A stretch of 64,000 nucleotides of DNA from Eledone cirrhosa (lineage: Eukaryota), in contig OZ024741.1 in assembly GCA_964016885.1 (NCBI GenBank), positions 165,664,001-165,728,000 of the forward strand. Reading direction: 5' to 3'. Position numbers and translations under genes: made by a program. Of this stretch, positions 36,660 to 51,049 are shown piece by piece. The notes under the pieces were generated by a model. The model made no database searches and had not been told where the DNA came from. It saw nothing but the letters and a program-made list of their open reading frames with translations. How positions within the stretch are numbered: the stretch's first letter is position 1; each line of letters starts with the position of its first letter.

Positions 36660-37072
36660 GGTGAACTGCAAAGCATAAATGAACTAAGTGAGAAATTAGG
36701 AATAGGATGGATCAGATGCTGTTTACTTGAGAGAAGACTACGTTGGTATGGCCACATGATGCGCATGAAAGACGACAGCTGTATAAAAAAGTGTAGGGTG
36801 AAAAAAATTAATGGAAGTTACAGAGTGGGCAGACCCAGAAAAACCTGGGACGATTTGATAAATTCCGACCTTACACACTTGCACCTCTCTAAGACAATGC
36901 CACTGGACCGAGATCTTTGGCACTACGCAGTAATACAGAAGACCCGCCTTGCCTATGTACAAAGCGAAACCTACAGTCAGTAGGCACCTCTTAATCAAAT
37001 ATACACCCCATCCCGCTACCTCAACTTCCCCACCCCCATCAACTCCACCCCTTCTCTGTAATGTTATGTTAA
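36660..37072 (+). mobile_element. RTE LINE 3' fragment fused to the CR1-like fragment
   Basis: RRLRWYGHMMRMKDDSCIKKC...GRPRKTW; homologous to 57550-57950. Confidence 0.85.
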
Positions 37073-37720
37073 CTAACTTAATGCCTCTATATAGCTGGTT
37101 TAAATGCTAAAGGGTTAAAAAAATTAGTACATTTGTCATAAACCATTGAAATGATTTAGTCTTGTCTACACCCTTTAAAAGTTTAGGTCATCTGTTGTAA
37201 ACCATTTAAATGATTTAGTCATAAAAGGTTAGTCCATTTGTTATCTAGTTTTAACTCTTTTAAGAGACTTTGTTGCTTATTAATCTGAGGTGGTACATTG
37301 CTTCAACATCTTTTCAGAATCCCCTGAATTCTGTCTCAGTTGAGCATGTGTGTATATCTGTATATTTGTGTATTATTTATTTTGAGAACAATACTTTAAC
37401 ATCAGTATGAGTGGCCAGTTTGAACAGAAAGTGATGAGAGAATACTGGCCAGATATGCTGGTTTTAAATGCTAAAGGGTTAATCACTTCCATGTATCAAT
37501 AATCAACATAAACTATAAGTCTTTTCTAATACAAACCATAAATTTATCAAAACACAACTTTCCCAGTTTGTATGTTTATTGATATATCCAGTAATTCTGG
37601 TCTTCTAAATACGTTCAGTGCTAAAATATTTGTCTGAAACAGGCCCTGGTTCTATGATACAAAGCCTTTCATTATAATTTTATGTAAAACCTTTTGCTAA
37701 ATTATGTTCCAAACACCAGC

Positions 37721-38164
37721 TTAACCCATTAGCATTTACATTACTCTATATTTATTATTATATTTTCATGGTAAAGGCTTTACCTCACATAAATATATCA
37801 TATAATATTGAATCTATGAGATTTTGATTTTATTTATTTCAAGAACAATACCTTAACCCTTTAGCATTCACATTACTCTATATATATAATATTATATTTT
37901 CATGGTAAAGGCTTTATATCACATAATTATCTCACATAATATCGAATCTATGAGATTTTGAAAGTATTTATTTTGAGAACAATACCTTAACATCAGTTTG
38001 AGTGACCAGTTACAGCCAGTTTCAACAGAAAAAGGTAGAGAATTCCGGCCGGCTTTTGGCCGGTTTGAACATTAAAGGGTCAACATCAGTATGAGCGGCC
38101 AGTTATAGCCAGTTTAAACAGAAAGAGATGAGAGAACTCGGCCAGTTTAAATGCTAAAGGGTTA
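37721..38164 (-). mobile_element. MITE C nested within another MITE C
   Basis: Inner copy 37853-38083 splits the outer copy at its internal aataccTTAAcatcag site. Confidence 0.85.
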
Positions 38165-40560
38165 ATAACGAGAAAGCTATATTAAATCCCTTTAAATTCT
38201 TGATTATTTTCAACTATGGTAAAGAAAAGTTTAAACAGTAAAATATCAAGTTATTGTCTGGCTTTAAATCAAACAGTTCTAATAGTTATTTTTATTCAGT
38301 AGAGAATCTAAATAGATATTTTATACTCATTTTTCATTTTTAGAATTTCTGGCAGATAGAAATCTATAGTTTATATAAATATGACTTCTGAAATATTCTT
38401 TTATTATGTTACTGATTTCAGTTATTAGACTGTGGACATGCTGGGGCATTGCCTTCAAGGAATTTAGTTAATCATATTGACATCAGTACTCAAGACTAGT
38501 TATCATTTTAATCAATCTCTATTTGTTGAACTGCAAGTCAGTCATGGGTAAATTGCAGTCCGCATGCTGCCTGCGACCCATTTGGCTTTCTGAATAGAAT
38601 GATTAATTTCAAAATTGCCTTGAATTTTTTAGTAGTGCAGCCCAACTTTTGATCAGCCACATCCTATGCGGCCCATTACTCATAAATGGTTGCCAATGCT
38701 TGTGCTAGGATATAAACAAATTGTATGTCTACCACACACACACCCACACAAATCCCAACACACACACACACATATATATATATACAATGGGCATTGCCTC
38801 AGTTTCCATTTGCCAAATTTTATTCAAAAAGCATTGATCAAGTTGAGACTATATACTCACTATGCCAAAGACTGGGACTGAACCTGAAACCGCATGGTCC
38901 GAAGCAAATACTTTAACCACGCAACTATGTCGACATTTTGAAATGTTGCTCATTTATATGAAATAATTTTTTATTGCAGTTTTGTGGAATAAAGCTGACT
39001 ATTTATTAAATATTCACTATTGAATTTACTTGTTAAGTTTTTTTCATTTAACTCTTAATACCCTTCAATGATTCAGAAGAAAGTATCCCAAATCAGATTT
39101 GTTCATTCAAATGTTTATAGTATATTTACTAGCAAACAGATCTTTGAAAATTTGCAATATTTGAGTAAAGACTTCACTGCAGTCATAGTGGTGTTTTTAT
39201 TTTGTTTATTTTTTTTTGTAATTTTTGAGAATGTATTGCTAATGTGGTGTTTAAATTCAACTGTAGTAACTTTAGTTGTAGACTGACCATTGTGAACATT
39301 AGCATTAAACTAAAGACTCGAATTTTGAAAATGGTGCAGTCATAGGGCTGTTTTATAATTTTCGAGATTGTCTTATTTGTGTGGTTTCATGTGATTTGTT
39401 AATTGAAATGTTTATAGTATCCTTACTAGTGGACTGTTCATTGTGAAAATTTGTAGCATTACAGTTAAAACTTTCATATTTAACCCTCTAGCATTTACAT
39501 TACACTATATTTACTATTATATTTTCATGGTAAAGTCCTTACCTCACATAATTATCTCACATAATATCGAATCTATGAGATTTTGATATTATTTATTTTG
39601 AGAACAATACCTTAATGTCAGTATGAGAGGTTGGTTATAGCCGGTTTGAACAGAAAGTGGTAAGAGAATTCTGACCGGATATAGCCAGTTTAAATGCTAA
39701 AGGGTTAATGTGATTTAGTCATAGTACTGTTTTGTACTTTTAACCCTTTAGCATTATATAATATCTCACATAATATTGAATCTGTGAGATTTTTATATTA
39801 TTTATTTTGAGAACAATACCTTAAAGTCAGTATGAGGGGCCGGTTGGGGTCACTTTGAATGGAAAAAGGTGAGAGAATTATGGCCGGATATGGCCGGTTT
39901 AAATGCTAAAGGGTTAAAGAATAACTTGCTAAAGTTGTTTGTAAATTCAAATGTTTATAGTATCTTTACTAGTAAACAGATTGGTGTGAACATTTTTAGT
40001 TTTAGAGTTCAGACGTTAATATTTATTTTAAGTACTACATTGTACTTTTCAAGAATGTGTTGCTTATACTGTTTGGTGCAGTACAAGGCTTTGAGTTATT
40101 TGAGCTTTTCCATCATATGTAATAGGAAACATTGTCAGTAAGGAAATACACCAATAAAGTTTGTGACATGAACAGAATACATTTCTGAACTCTATCTCTC
40201 TCTCTTTCTCCCCCCCCCCCCCCCTCTCTACACACATATTGGGTCGTCAAGTATGAAACTTGTAGACATTTGTAGAAAAAGAAACAAATTTCTACAAATT
40301 TCATACTTGACCTGATATATATATATATATATTTATGAGAGAGGAAGAGAGATGTGTGCATGTTTGCATTCCCAAAGTAGTAAAATGTTCAAGTATGAAC
40401 ATTAAAAGATCTGAGAGAAAATGTAAGATGTGTGAAGCTATTTGTATTTAGTCTAAGTTGAACTCTAATACATACATGTTTCACTTGGTCTCAAATGTAA
40501 ACATAGAATTGACATTCAATCTCTGGCTATTCAACACACAATTTAATATGTACATAGAAA

Positions 40561-40593
<33 letters not shown>

Positions 40594-40596
<3 letters not shown>

Positions 40597-40809
40597 GGAA
40601 CGAGTAGGACCCCGACAGCTGAGCTCAAGCCGTTTCGACGGCTAATTCTGGACTAAATGAAAATTTTCATTTAGTCCAGAATTAGCCGTCGAAACGGCTT
40701 GAGCTCAGCCGTCGGAGTCCTACTCGTTCCTATTACCCACTCTACTACCCTAAGTATTGAGTACTTTGGTGCGTAATGGTCCACCTGGTTCCTTACCACA
40801 TTTCCTTTG

Positions 40810-40811
<2 letters not shown>
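40594..40811. mobile_element. Penelope-like fold-back insert: 70-bp arms, no spacer, 78-bp tail
   Basis: Palindrome centred at 40663/40664; arms carry GAAACGGCT-tgagctc-AGCCGTC (hammerhead 3' half). A single arm also occurs at 54510-54580 and the tail at 62547-62638. Confidence 0.8.
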
Positions 40812-40850
<39 letters not shown>

Positions 40851-41259
40851 AATATTTTCGAAACAGCGAGTTGGTTTGAAATTATTAGAAATGTAAGCTA
40901 TCGCCGTATTTTGACTAAAGAAATTAAAGAAATTATTTAGCCTGATAGTGGGGTTAAGAACCCTCGGAGAAATGAAAAAGATGAGTATTGACGTATATAT
41001 ATATATAGAAAACACGGGAGAGAGAGAGAGAGAGAGAGAGAAAAGGGTTCTGAAGAGAAAGCAGAAAGGAAGCACAGTTAAATACGGTGCACAAGACATT
41101 AGTATAAAAAATACATATTTATGCGAAAAGTAAATGAAAAACAACTCAGAAAAATGATACAGTACAATGAAGACTAAAACTATTCCATTTGTTTGAAATT
41201 GTCAGGATTATCCTGATAATTTCAAATGAGTCATTTCTGTTATAAATATATATATATAT

Positions 41260-41625
41260 TATCATCAGCGTTTAACGTCTATCTTCCACACTAGCATGGG
41301 TTTAGCCGGAAATTGTCCCACTTGAGGCAAGATTGGCCGTCTTGCTCATATAGGGCTGTCTGGCAGGTTTTCCACGGCTGGATGCCCTTCCTAACTCCAA
41401 CCACGTTTACAGTGTGGACTGGGAGGTTTTTACCGTGTTATCTACGCGGCCACATTACACCGTGGACTGTGTGTTTTTTTTTGTTGTGACACCTACACGA
41501 CCTCATTTATTTAGGACTAAATAAATGAGGTCGTGTAGGTGTCACGACAAAAAAACACACAGTCCATACTGTAATGTGACCGTGTAGGTAATACGGTAAA
41601 AACCTCCCAGTCCACACTGTAAACG

Positions 41626-41626
<1 letters not shown>
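41260..41626. mobile_element. Fold-back (inverted) RTE 3' UTR insert in (TA)n
   Basis: Arms 41403-41514 and 41517-41626; the left arm continues to the RTE 3' tail at 41260. Confidence 0.85.
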
Positions 41627-41674
<48 letters not shown>

Positions 41675-42102
41675 TTATATATATATACATAAATATATAT
41701 ATATATATATATACATAAATATATGTATATATGTATATATACATAAATATATGTATATATGTATATATGTATATATATACATATATACATGTATATATAT
41801 ACATATTTACATGTATATATATATACATATTTACATGTATATATACATATATACATGTATATATACATATATACATGTATATATATATATATATACATGC
41901 ATACATCTATATATATACATACATATATATATATATATACACACATATATATACATGCATACATATATATACACATATATGCATATATATACATATATAT
42001 ACACACACACATATATAGATATATATATACATGCATACATATATATATGCATATACATACACATATATATACACATATATATACACACATATATATATAC
42101 AT

Positions 42103-42582
<480 letters not shown>

Positions 42583-42949
42583 ACACATGGTATATTATTA
42601 TGGTTAATGCCAAAATATAGGAAATCTTTGAGAGAATCGATTTTTTCAAGGAAGCAGTAGCTATTACTAATGTGAAGAACTTCAAAAAACTGCAAAGATA
42701 TGGACCTTTATAGCATATAAAATAATGTAGTTTAAGAGATAAAACCATCTAAAAGGAGTACATTTGCAAACAAAAGTATGGATGGATGGATGGTGCCATG
42801 AGATTTGTGTAATGAGATGTGGGGTTTGATCCTAATGTATGGCAAATATTCTTTACTACAGCCTTAAGTTCAACCAATATCTTGCAAATGAAATTGGTAA
42901 AATTGGTAAATGCAAACTGCATGGAAGTTTATGTTTTATATATTACAGA

Positions 42950-43195
42950 CAAGCAGTTAGAATGTCTGGAGAAAGAATTGCTGGACAGATTTTATGGGCA
43001 AAACCAACAGGCAGAAAACCCAGGAGTAGACCTCGTGTAAGATAGTTGGTTGGATAATATCCATGTGCTAAGCTGATCTCAATTGTGGATCCAGTCGGAT
43101 CAATTGTAGAGGGTTCCTTCTGACAGGACCCTCTGGAAGGAGTACTTGAAGTCTTCCCCCACAACCCTCCCAGGAATACATGGACAAAGAAGAAA
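42950..43195 (+). mobile_element. 3' end of the Expander-like RTE family seen at 27690-29030
   Basis: RMSGERIAGQILWAKPTGRKPRSRPR aligns with 28790-29030. Confidence 0.7.
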
Positions 43196-43606
43196 ATATA
43201 CATGCACATGTGTGTGCTTATTTCCTCAGTTCACATTGACACACTCTGGGAACATTTCACTGCATAGAAGCTCATTGTGTGTGTGTGTGTTTGTGTGTGT
43301 ATTCACTTCACATTGACATTTCTTGGGGTAACATTCTTTATGTTCTGCAGAAACAGTATGCCTTGCAGTTCTGTGGATTGACATATAAATATTAGCATGT
43401 TACTTCAAAATAAGCATGTTCGGTCTCAGGAAAAACATCCAGAATACTGCTTCAACAAAATTTCCTCCAACCCATTCCAGAATGGAAAAATATGTATAAA
43501 AACAGAGAAAACTGTTAGCTCAGATATTTTCAACTCACAGTGCCACAGTAAACTTTAGTTCATTAGGATGCAATCTTTTAAGGAGAGCCAGAAAACATAA
43601 GTATTT

Positions 43607-44085
43607 TTAACCCTTTCATTATTATATTTCTAATTAAAGCCATAGCCTTTGATTATTAAATAATTTTGTAAATAATCAAGAATTTGATGTGATTTAGTAA
43701 TACAACTAACTTTCTTATTATTAAGCTGGGGTAGGGCAGCAGATTGGCAGTATCAGTAGAGTGTTGGACACTGTTTTGCAGTATAGAGTTATGGTCAAAT
43801 TATGAGTTCAAATCCCACCAAGGTTAGGTTTGCCTTTCATCTTTACAGGGTTGATAAAATAAAGCACCAGTAATGCACTAGGGTTAATTTAATCAACTTT
43901 CCTCTCTCCCCAAATTGCTGGCCTTGTGCCTATAGTAGAAATCATTAAGCTATGGTTTGGAACATAAATATTCTTACATAAAACTATGATGGAAAGTGTT
44001 TAGATAAATATAATACTTTAAAACAAACAGTTTTGAATCATATAATCAGGGGCAGTTTCAGTTTGTTTGGCATCAAAAGGGTTAA
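43607..44085 (+). mobile_element. Second piggyBac-type MITE (family D)
   Basis: TTAA|ccctttcatt...atcaaaaggg|TTAA. Related copies at about 44295-44561, 45552-45812, 25700-26227 and 53127-53410(-). Confidence 0.7.
43733..43945 (+). mobile_element. SINE family A copy inserted in a TTAA MITE
   Basis: Family A sequence flanked by attaagct duplication within 43607-44085. Confidence 0.8.
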
Positions 44086-44592
44086 TTCCACTGCCATGGT
44101 GTCTGTGTATACCTGTGAGACAAAGTTTAATGCATGCACCCATACCAGTTTAAAACAATTCTAATACTATTTTTTTTTTTATTTAATCGAACTTTTTAGA
44201 AGTGTACCATAACACTTTTAGCCCCTTATTCTGAGCAGTAGCATAGTAAGGGCTCTTAGTGCTCAGGGAGAGTGTGTAATAATAGATATCCGTTTTAACT
44301 AATCCTCACTGTATTTCTAATGAAAGACACTGCCTTTGTTTTTCAAATTCCTTTGAAAATAGTTATATAACTAAATTCCTCCAAATTCTTAACTAACTTT
44401 CTAATGAATGACACTGCCTGCGATTTTCAAGGAATTAGTAATATAACTAACTTAAAATTATGGTGAATAGTTTGCAGATGATTATTAATAGTTTCAAGTA
44501 AACAGTTATGTATCGTGGAACTAAAGTTAGTTTCAGGCAGTTTGGTATCAAAAGGGGTTAACACTTTAGAATTTACATTACTCTATATATTA

Positions 44593-45305
44593 CTAGCATT
44601 AAAGCCCGGCGTTGCTCGGGGTCATTAAGTTACCAAAGTTAGATTGCACCACCCATTTTATGGCAGCACTTTTTTGTCTGCCAGGCACTGGGTGAATGAA
44701 TTGCAGACCTGGAAGCATGAGCTGCGCCAGCAGTGACAATTGTAGTTTTGCCTATGGATATTATCTCTGTGCAAAAAAGTGTTGAAATTTATTGTTTCAC
44801 AGTACTTGCGCAACACGCGCGTAGACGATGCCAGCCGAACAACAGAGCTGAGATGGAGTTGTTCTGCATGGTTGTCTGTATGTTTTCTAAATTTAAGACA
44901 GTAGGGAGTGGTGTGATATGGGGGAGAGTTAGCTGCTGTTTCTAGCAGGTTTAGTAACCTCATAGAGGATATGTGTTTTCTAAATTTAAGACAGTAGGGA
45001 GTGGTGTGAACGGACAGTATCACCATCAAGCTTGGAAAGAGAAAGTAGCAGAAAGTATGAAGTTATATAGATTTTGAATGGTAGTAGAAAGAGTTCAGCA
45101 GTTTAAATGAGAGAGAAAAATCGTAAAATATTGAGTTTTATCTATTTTTTGCGTAATTGTGTGTGAAATTGAAAAAATTATCTGCGTCAAGACGCAATCG
45201 AAGCTATTTCGATTACTGAATTGTAAATTTCAATTGAAGAAATTCTATATCGTAGATTTCTATAACGAAGGAGCATGACCACACACTGAGCTTTATAGAT
45301 TATGA
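44593..45305 (-). mobile_element. Non-autonomous Helitron inserted in a MITE C (44558-45500)
   Basis: Minus strand A|TC...cccgagcaacgccggg hairpin-tttaatg-CTAG|T, no TSD; the MITE sequence resumes on both sides. Confidence 0.75.
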
Positions 45306-45939
45306 TACTATTGTATTTTTGTGTTAAAGGCTTTATTTTACATCATTATCTCACAATATTGAATCTACGAGATTTTGATGTTATTTATTTTGAGAACAAT
45401 ACCTTAACATCAGTATGAGCGGCCAGTTATGGTTGGTTTGGACAGAAAGAGGTAAGAGAATTCTAGCCAGAAATAGCCAGTCTAAATGCTAAAGTGTTAA
45501 ACTATAGTCTGGCAGTAAACATCCTCAAACCAGCTACAACATTGTATCACCTTAACTATCTAAAAATTACCCTTTTATCACTATATTTTTAATGAAAAAT
45601 ACTGCCTATGTCTTTGAATTATTTTTTTCCAGATTCGAGAGAATTTAATCAAATAACTAACTTTTTTATTGGAAAGTTGATTTAAAACCTAACAATATTT
45701 TTAAATAAAATTTTGATGGAAGGATTTAATATGAGTTTAAACATTTTTTCTAAGAGCAGCTTTGTATCATAAATGCAAGGCAGTTTCAAGTAGTTTGCTA
45801 TCAAAAGGTTTGAACCAACCAAATGTGCAGTGATAAAACCCATATCAAGCATCATTGGCATGTTGTCTTTGCTAAATGTATTATACTTAGTTACATCATT
45901 TCACAATGTTTATAAGAATATATTAACACATCCAATAAT

Positions 45940-46122
45940 AATTGTTTCTACTTTAGGCACAAGGCCAGCAATTACCAGTGCATTACTGGTACTTTATTTT
46001 ATCGACCCTGTAAGGATGAAAGGCAAAGTTAACCTCGGCGCAATTTGAACTGAGACTGTAAAGGGGCGTAACTCTATGCGTCAAAGCATGGCATCCGACC
46101 CTCTACCGATACTGCCAATCCA
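45940..46122 (-). mobile_element. SINE family A copy
   Basis: Reverse-complement copy flanked by ccaataataat on both sides. Confidence 0.9.
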
Positions 46123-46249
46123 CCAATAATAATGGTATTAGGTGGGTCATAGAGTTAATAGAAATAAAAATGTTTCATTTATATAGTAGATATGTGTGTT
46201 TGTATCTGCATATATAGATATATATACATACATATATTTGTTTATACAT

Positions 46250-46288
<39 letters not shown>

Positions 46289-46367
46289 TATATACATTTT
46301 TTCGGTGGGAGTTGTTTATGTTATACATGGATATATATACATATATATACATTCATACATATATACG

Positions 46368-46403
<36 letters not shown>

Positions 46404-46629
46404 CATTATATATATACATGTATATATGTGTACATATATATATACATACATATGTGTACATATATATATACATATATATATATACATATATATATACATA
46501 TATATATATACATATATACATACAAACAAACACACACACACATATACACACATACATATCTACACACACACACACATACACATATATACACACACACATA
46601 CACACATATAAACTTTGGAAAATAAAATC

Positions 46630-46690
<61 letters not shown>

Positions 46691-47030
46691 GACATACACA
46701 CATGATGGAAGCTGTGGCAGTTTTCAAAAAATCAAATGAGAGCACTACAAAATTATACTGAAGTATGACAGCACTGGCATTGTAATTGTAAGCTGATAAA
46801 TATATATATATATACATATAATACTTCAATGGAAAGTTTATAATCTTTGTTCAGCCTTTGATATATGATACAGTCTTTGGTTATATGTGCAATGTAAGGT
46901 TAGGTTATTTTAAATCTATCATAAAAATACAAACAAGGATAAAGAGAAGTTGGATGTGTTCTAAGGTGCATGATTTATATACAGCATCATGAATTTAACT
47001 ATTTCATAGCTGCCAAACTTGGTAAAATGT

Positions 47031-47067
<37 letters not shown>

Positions 47068-47255
47068 CGGCGGCGGCGGTGGTGGTGGTGGTGGTGGTGG
47101 TGGTGGTAGTAGTGGTGGTGGTGGTGGTGGTAGTAGTGGTGGTGGTGGTAGTGGTAGTAGTAGTAGTGGTGGTGGTGGTGGTAGTGTTAATGGTGGTGGT
47201 GGTAGTAGTAGTAGTAGCAGTGGTGGTAGTAGTAGTAGTAGTGGAGGTGGTGCTA

Positions 47256-47289
<34 letters not shown>

Positions 47290-47322
47290 CGGTGGTAGTA
47301 GTAGTAGTAGTGGAGGTGGTGT

Positions 47323-47358
<36 letters not shown>

Positions 47359-47678
47359 CGGTAGTAGTAGTATGCAGGTTTAGCTGGCCTCCGCCAAGCT
47401 ATCTCGGAGGTGTCTTGCGGCATTTAATGATAGGTACCCCAGTCCCTATCATCTCATTTCTGCAGCTGAGTAAACTGGAGCAATGTGAAATAAAGTGTCT
47501 TGCTCAAGGACACAACACATCACCCGGTCCGAGAATTGAACTCACAACCTTTCGATTGCAAGCCCAATGCTCTAACCACTAAGCCATGCACCAGTAGTGG
47601 TGGTAGCAGTCTTGGTAGTATTGGTAGTGGTGGTGGTAGTAGTAGTAGTGGTAGTGATAGTAGTAGCAGTAGCAGTAG
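47031..47678. repeat. (GTA/GGT)n trinucleotide tract split by a SINE
   Basis: Direct inspection. Confidence 0.9.
47380..47592 (-). mobile_element. SINE family B head plus CORE inside a (GTA/GGT)n tract
   Basis: Same tRNA head and CORE as 34786, followed by a different 3' segment. Confidence 0.75.
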
Positions 47679-48190
47679 ATGGAGGCATCAACTGAGGTTT
47701 TACACCAGTTTCCTTCTTCTAGTCTTGGAAAGAGGAAGAAGTTTCCTACCAAAGCAGAGGAAGCATGAATAGAAAAAAAAAAGATCAACCCAGATAGAGA
47801 TAGATATTTATGTAGTCCTGTACCCCAGGGTGATTTAGGGTGATTTGGAAACTAAATATAATCTCACAGTATTGTTATTGGTGTTAGTGGTGGTATTTTT
47901 GTTTGTCCATCTTTTAAGTAGTCAGTATGTATGTATATGTCTGACATCCAAACAAGTATCCTCCACCTTCAACCATCTTACCCTCTGCTTCTTGGTCCTG
48001 GCCGACATTCCACAATTGAAATTAAACTTTCACAATTGAAATTAAACTTAAAATATTTTTTTTTTTTTTTTTGCACGAAAAGCAAAACAAAACAAGATGT
48101 CAATATGAATGGGCCTGTTATTTTTATCTACAGACATTTTTTCCAGTTCCATCCCGCCCGTCCCCTCAATCTATCTTATTTCTCATTTTT

Positions 48191-48227
48191 TCTTCTGATG
48201 AAGGACTAGCATCCAAAAACATTAAGA
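48191..48227 (+). ncRNA. Decayed minimal hammerhead motif
   Basis: tctt-CTGATGA-aggactagcatcc-aaaaac-att-aaga; related decayed copy at 9675-9710. Confidence 0.5.
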
Positions 48228-48412
48228 CCCTCTTCCTGCTATATCAAGCATTAACCTAATATATCGCTCCATATACTGTACCGATTGTGTTGTTATTTCT
48301 GTTTACCTTTTACATACACACACACATATATATATATATATATGGTGGTCACCGATCTGTCCAGCTCATTCGTCTATCAACATATCATGAAAAATTATAC
48401 ATCTTCTATGTA

Positions 48413-48482
48413 TTATCTGAGGAGGACATGTTTTGCTTTATGTTATACATAAAACTTTACATCTTCGAAATATATATAATGA
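48413..48482 (+). ncRNA. Type I hammerhead motif
   Basis: ttat-CTGAGGA-ggacatg...acatcttc-GAAA-tatata-TA-atga, between (TA)n tracts. Confidence 0.55.
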
Positions 48483-50859
48483 AATAAATAGAATGATATA
48501 AAGTATATATCTTTCGTTTATTACTATTATATATATATAAATATATATAAATATGAGAGAGAGAGAGGGAGAGAGAGAGAGAGAGTGAGAGAGATCCCCT
48601 ACACCCCATGAAATTAAAGAATAACCTAATCAGAATGAAGTTTGTTGAATACAAGCATTATACATTTACAAGTAGAACACAAACTGTGCTGATTTTTATT
48701 TTACTGATTAGACATAATTAACAACAGATTACTAACTCTTAACCCTTTAGCATTTAAACCAGCCATATCTGACTAGAATTCTCTCAGCACTGTCTGTTCA
48801 AACCAGCTGTAACCAGCCATGCATACCAACGTTAAGGTATTGTTCTCAAAATAAATATCAAAATTTCATACATTCGATATTATATGAGATAATTATGTGA
48901 GGTAAATACAATAGTATATATAGAGTAATGTAAATGTTAAAGGGTTAATGTCCTGCAGCAAATGAAACTACATAAGCAAGACATTCTTGAAAAGTACAAA
49001 ACAGTAGTTAAACTGCATAGCATTAAAAATTATTGTCTTTAATACTGAAAATTTATCTTGTAAAGATACTATAAACATTTGAATTAACAAACCTGATTTT
49101 AGATATTTTCTGCTAAATCATTACAGAATGTTAAGAGTTAATTCCATGTGATTCCAAGTTTCATATTATCTGATAATCAGGGAAAATAACAGCTCGGTAG
49201 TCTTTTACAGTATCATTCTCGCATTCGAATGTCTACATGTGTGTTTACTATAATAGTTGATGGCATATGTGGCTTATAGGTTAGAGTGTTCGGATAACAA
49301 TCATATGATCATAAGTTTGATCTCCAGTGATATTTTATTTCACATGGCTCCAGTCCACTCAGCTGGCAAAAATTGGTTGTAATTCAATAGTCCAGCCTTG
49401 TTGCATACTGTTTAACACTGAATTATATGTCTGTGAAATACTTAGCCATTTGCACATTAATTTCATGAGAGGGTGTTCTGTTGATCAAATAACTGGAACA
49501 CTCATCGTTAGTACTGATGGAGGTCCAACAACAATGACGATGATGATGGCAATAATAACAACATAAATATCAAATAGTGTTTGTAAATAGCAGCGGCATG
49601 TAAAATAAGGAAGGAAGTGTTGTTGCTCTTACACAGACTATTGATCTTACTTGCCAGCTATTAATGACTCATTTCTCACAGCTACTTTCTTCTACAGTTA
49701 AGTTACTGATTCTAGAAAGATAGCACTAACTTTATGCTTGAACAGCCAAACACTTCCTATATTATATTTCAATAAATTACTACAAATGTTCTATTCCCAA
49801 AATGTCATGGTCTCTATCAACAACATCATACAATCTGTCAACAGGTGACTGCGAACAAAAAATTAGGACTCAATTTATACATGACAAATAGATGTGTATT
49901 TCCAGTATGATGAATGATGAATATGATCACCACATAAAACATCATCATTTATATTACTTTCACATAAGATTATTACATTACTACTCCTACTCACTCACCT
50001 CTAGCTACAATCTATAATTTCATATCTAAAAGCTGACAAAGTATTGGCTGGGCAATCGTCCAATAGATTTCTTATCAGCAGTGAAAACATCTGGCAACCT
50101 AGGTTCCATCCCACAAACCACCTCTTTACTAAATTTAGTTAGGATGGAGGTGGACATTTGCAAGAGCAATCCCTGCGAAGTAGAATGTATCTTTCATTGC
50201 ATCTTCTTCAAGGAAACAGAACAGATACGACAAGGTATCTTATGCGATGTTCTAACAATTCTGCCAGTCTACCATCCCTGGAGTGGTACTTTATTTTATT
50301 CAATTCAGAATGATCTCAGACAATGCTGCCCTTGACAGAATTTGGATTTAGAAAGCAAAGCCAGAATGAATACCACAAAACATTCAGACTTCCAGTATAA
50401 CTAAGACTAAGATTTATAGAGCTTGTTATGATGAGTCAGTCAGCATTGACAGAATTTGAACTTAGTTTTCACTATTTAAATGCTTTTCATCGAAAATCTC
50501 ATTTTGATATTACTAAATAGAAGGGAGACATAGTGGAACAGGATTTTAATTTGTTGTAAGATTTAATTTAGAAAACATGATTAATTTATTCCATGTGATA
50601 GCCACGACAAGAGAAAATTAAGTGGGGGGATAGTTTGATAAAGGAAATAAGCTTGTAAACATGTGAACATTTTAAATATTTAATGATATCATAATTCTTC
50701 AATAGCTGTGCTGTGATGATCAAAGAGAATATTCCTTAGATCAACAAATACTATCCTGACCCTAATTATCTACAGCCTAAAGAGTGGGAGAGCAGTGAGG
50801 AGCTGAAAAGTCATTTGTGTTGGACCCTGATTTCAGAAAGCATCTCACATTATTTTAGT

Positions 50860-51041
50860 TTGGCAGTATGAGTAGAGCGTCAGACACCATGCTTTGCAGC
50901 ATAGAGTTATGGCCCTTTACATTCTGAGTTCAAATTCCACCGAGGTTTACTTTGCTTTTCATCCTTACGGGGTCGATAAAATAAAGCACCAGTAATGCAC
51001 TGGGGTAATTGCTGGCCTTGTGCCAAAAGTAGAAATAATTA
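50860..51041 (+). mobile_element. SINE family A copy
   Basis: Boxes A and B plus family A body. Confidence 0.9.
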
Positions 51042-51049
51042 TTTTAGTT

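Noticed and set aside
38520-38702. hAT-like MITE
   Set aside because: TIR resemblance is weak and no 8-bp TSD is visible.
46970-47582. Gly/Ser-rich or poly-Val protein
   Set aside because: Trinucleotide microsatellite running into a SINE.
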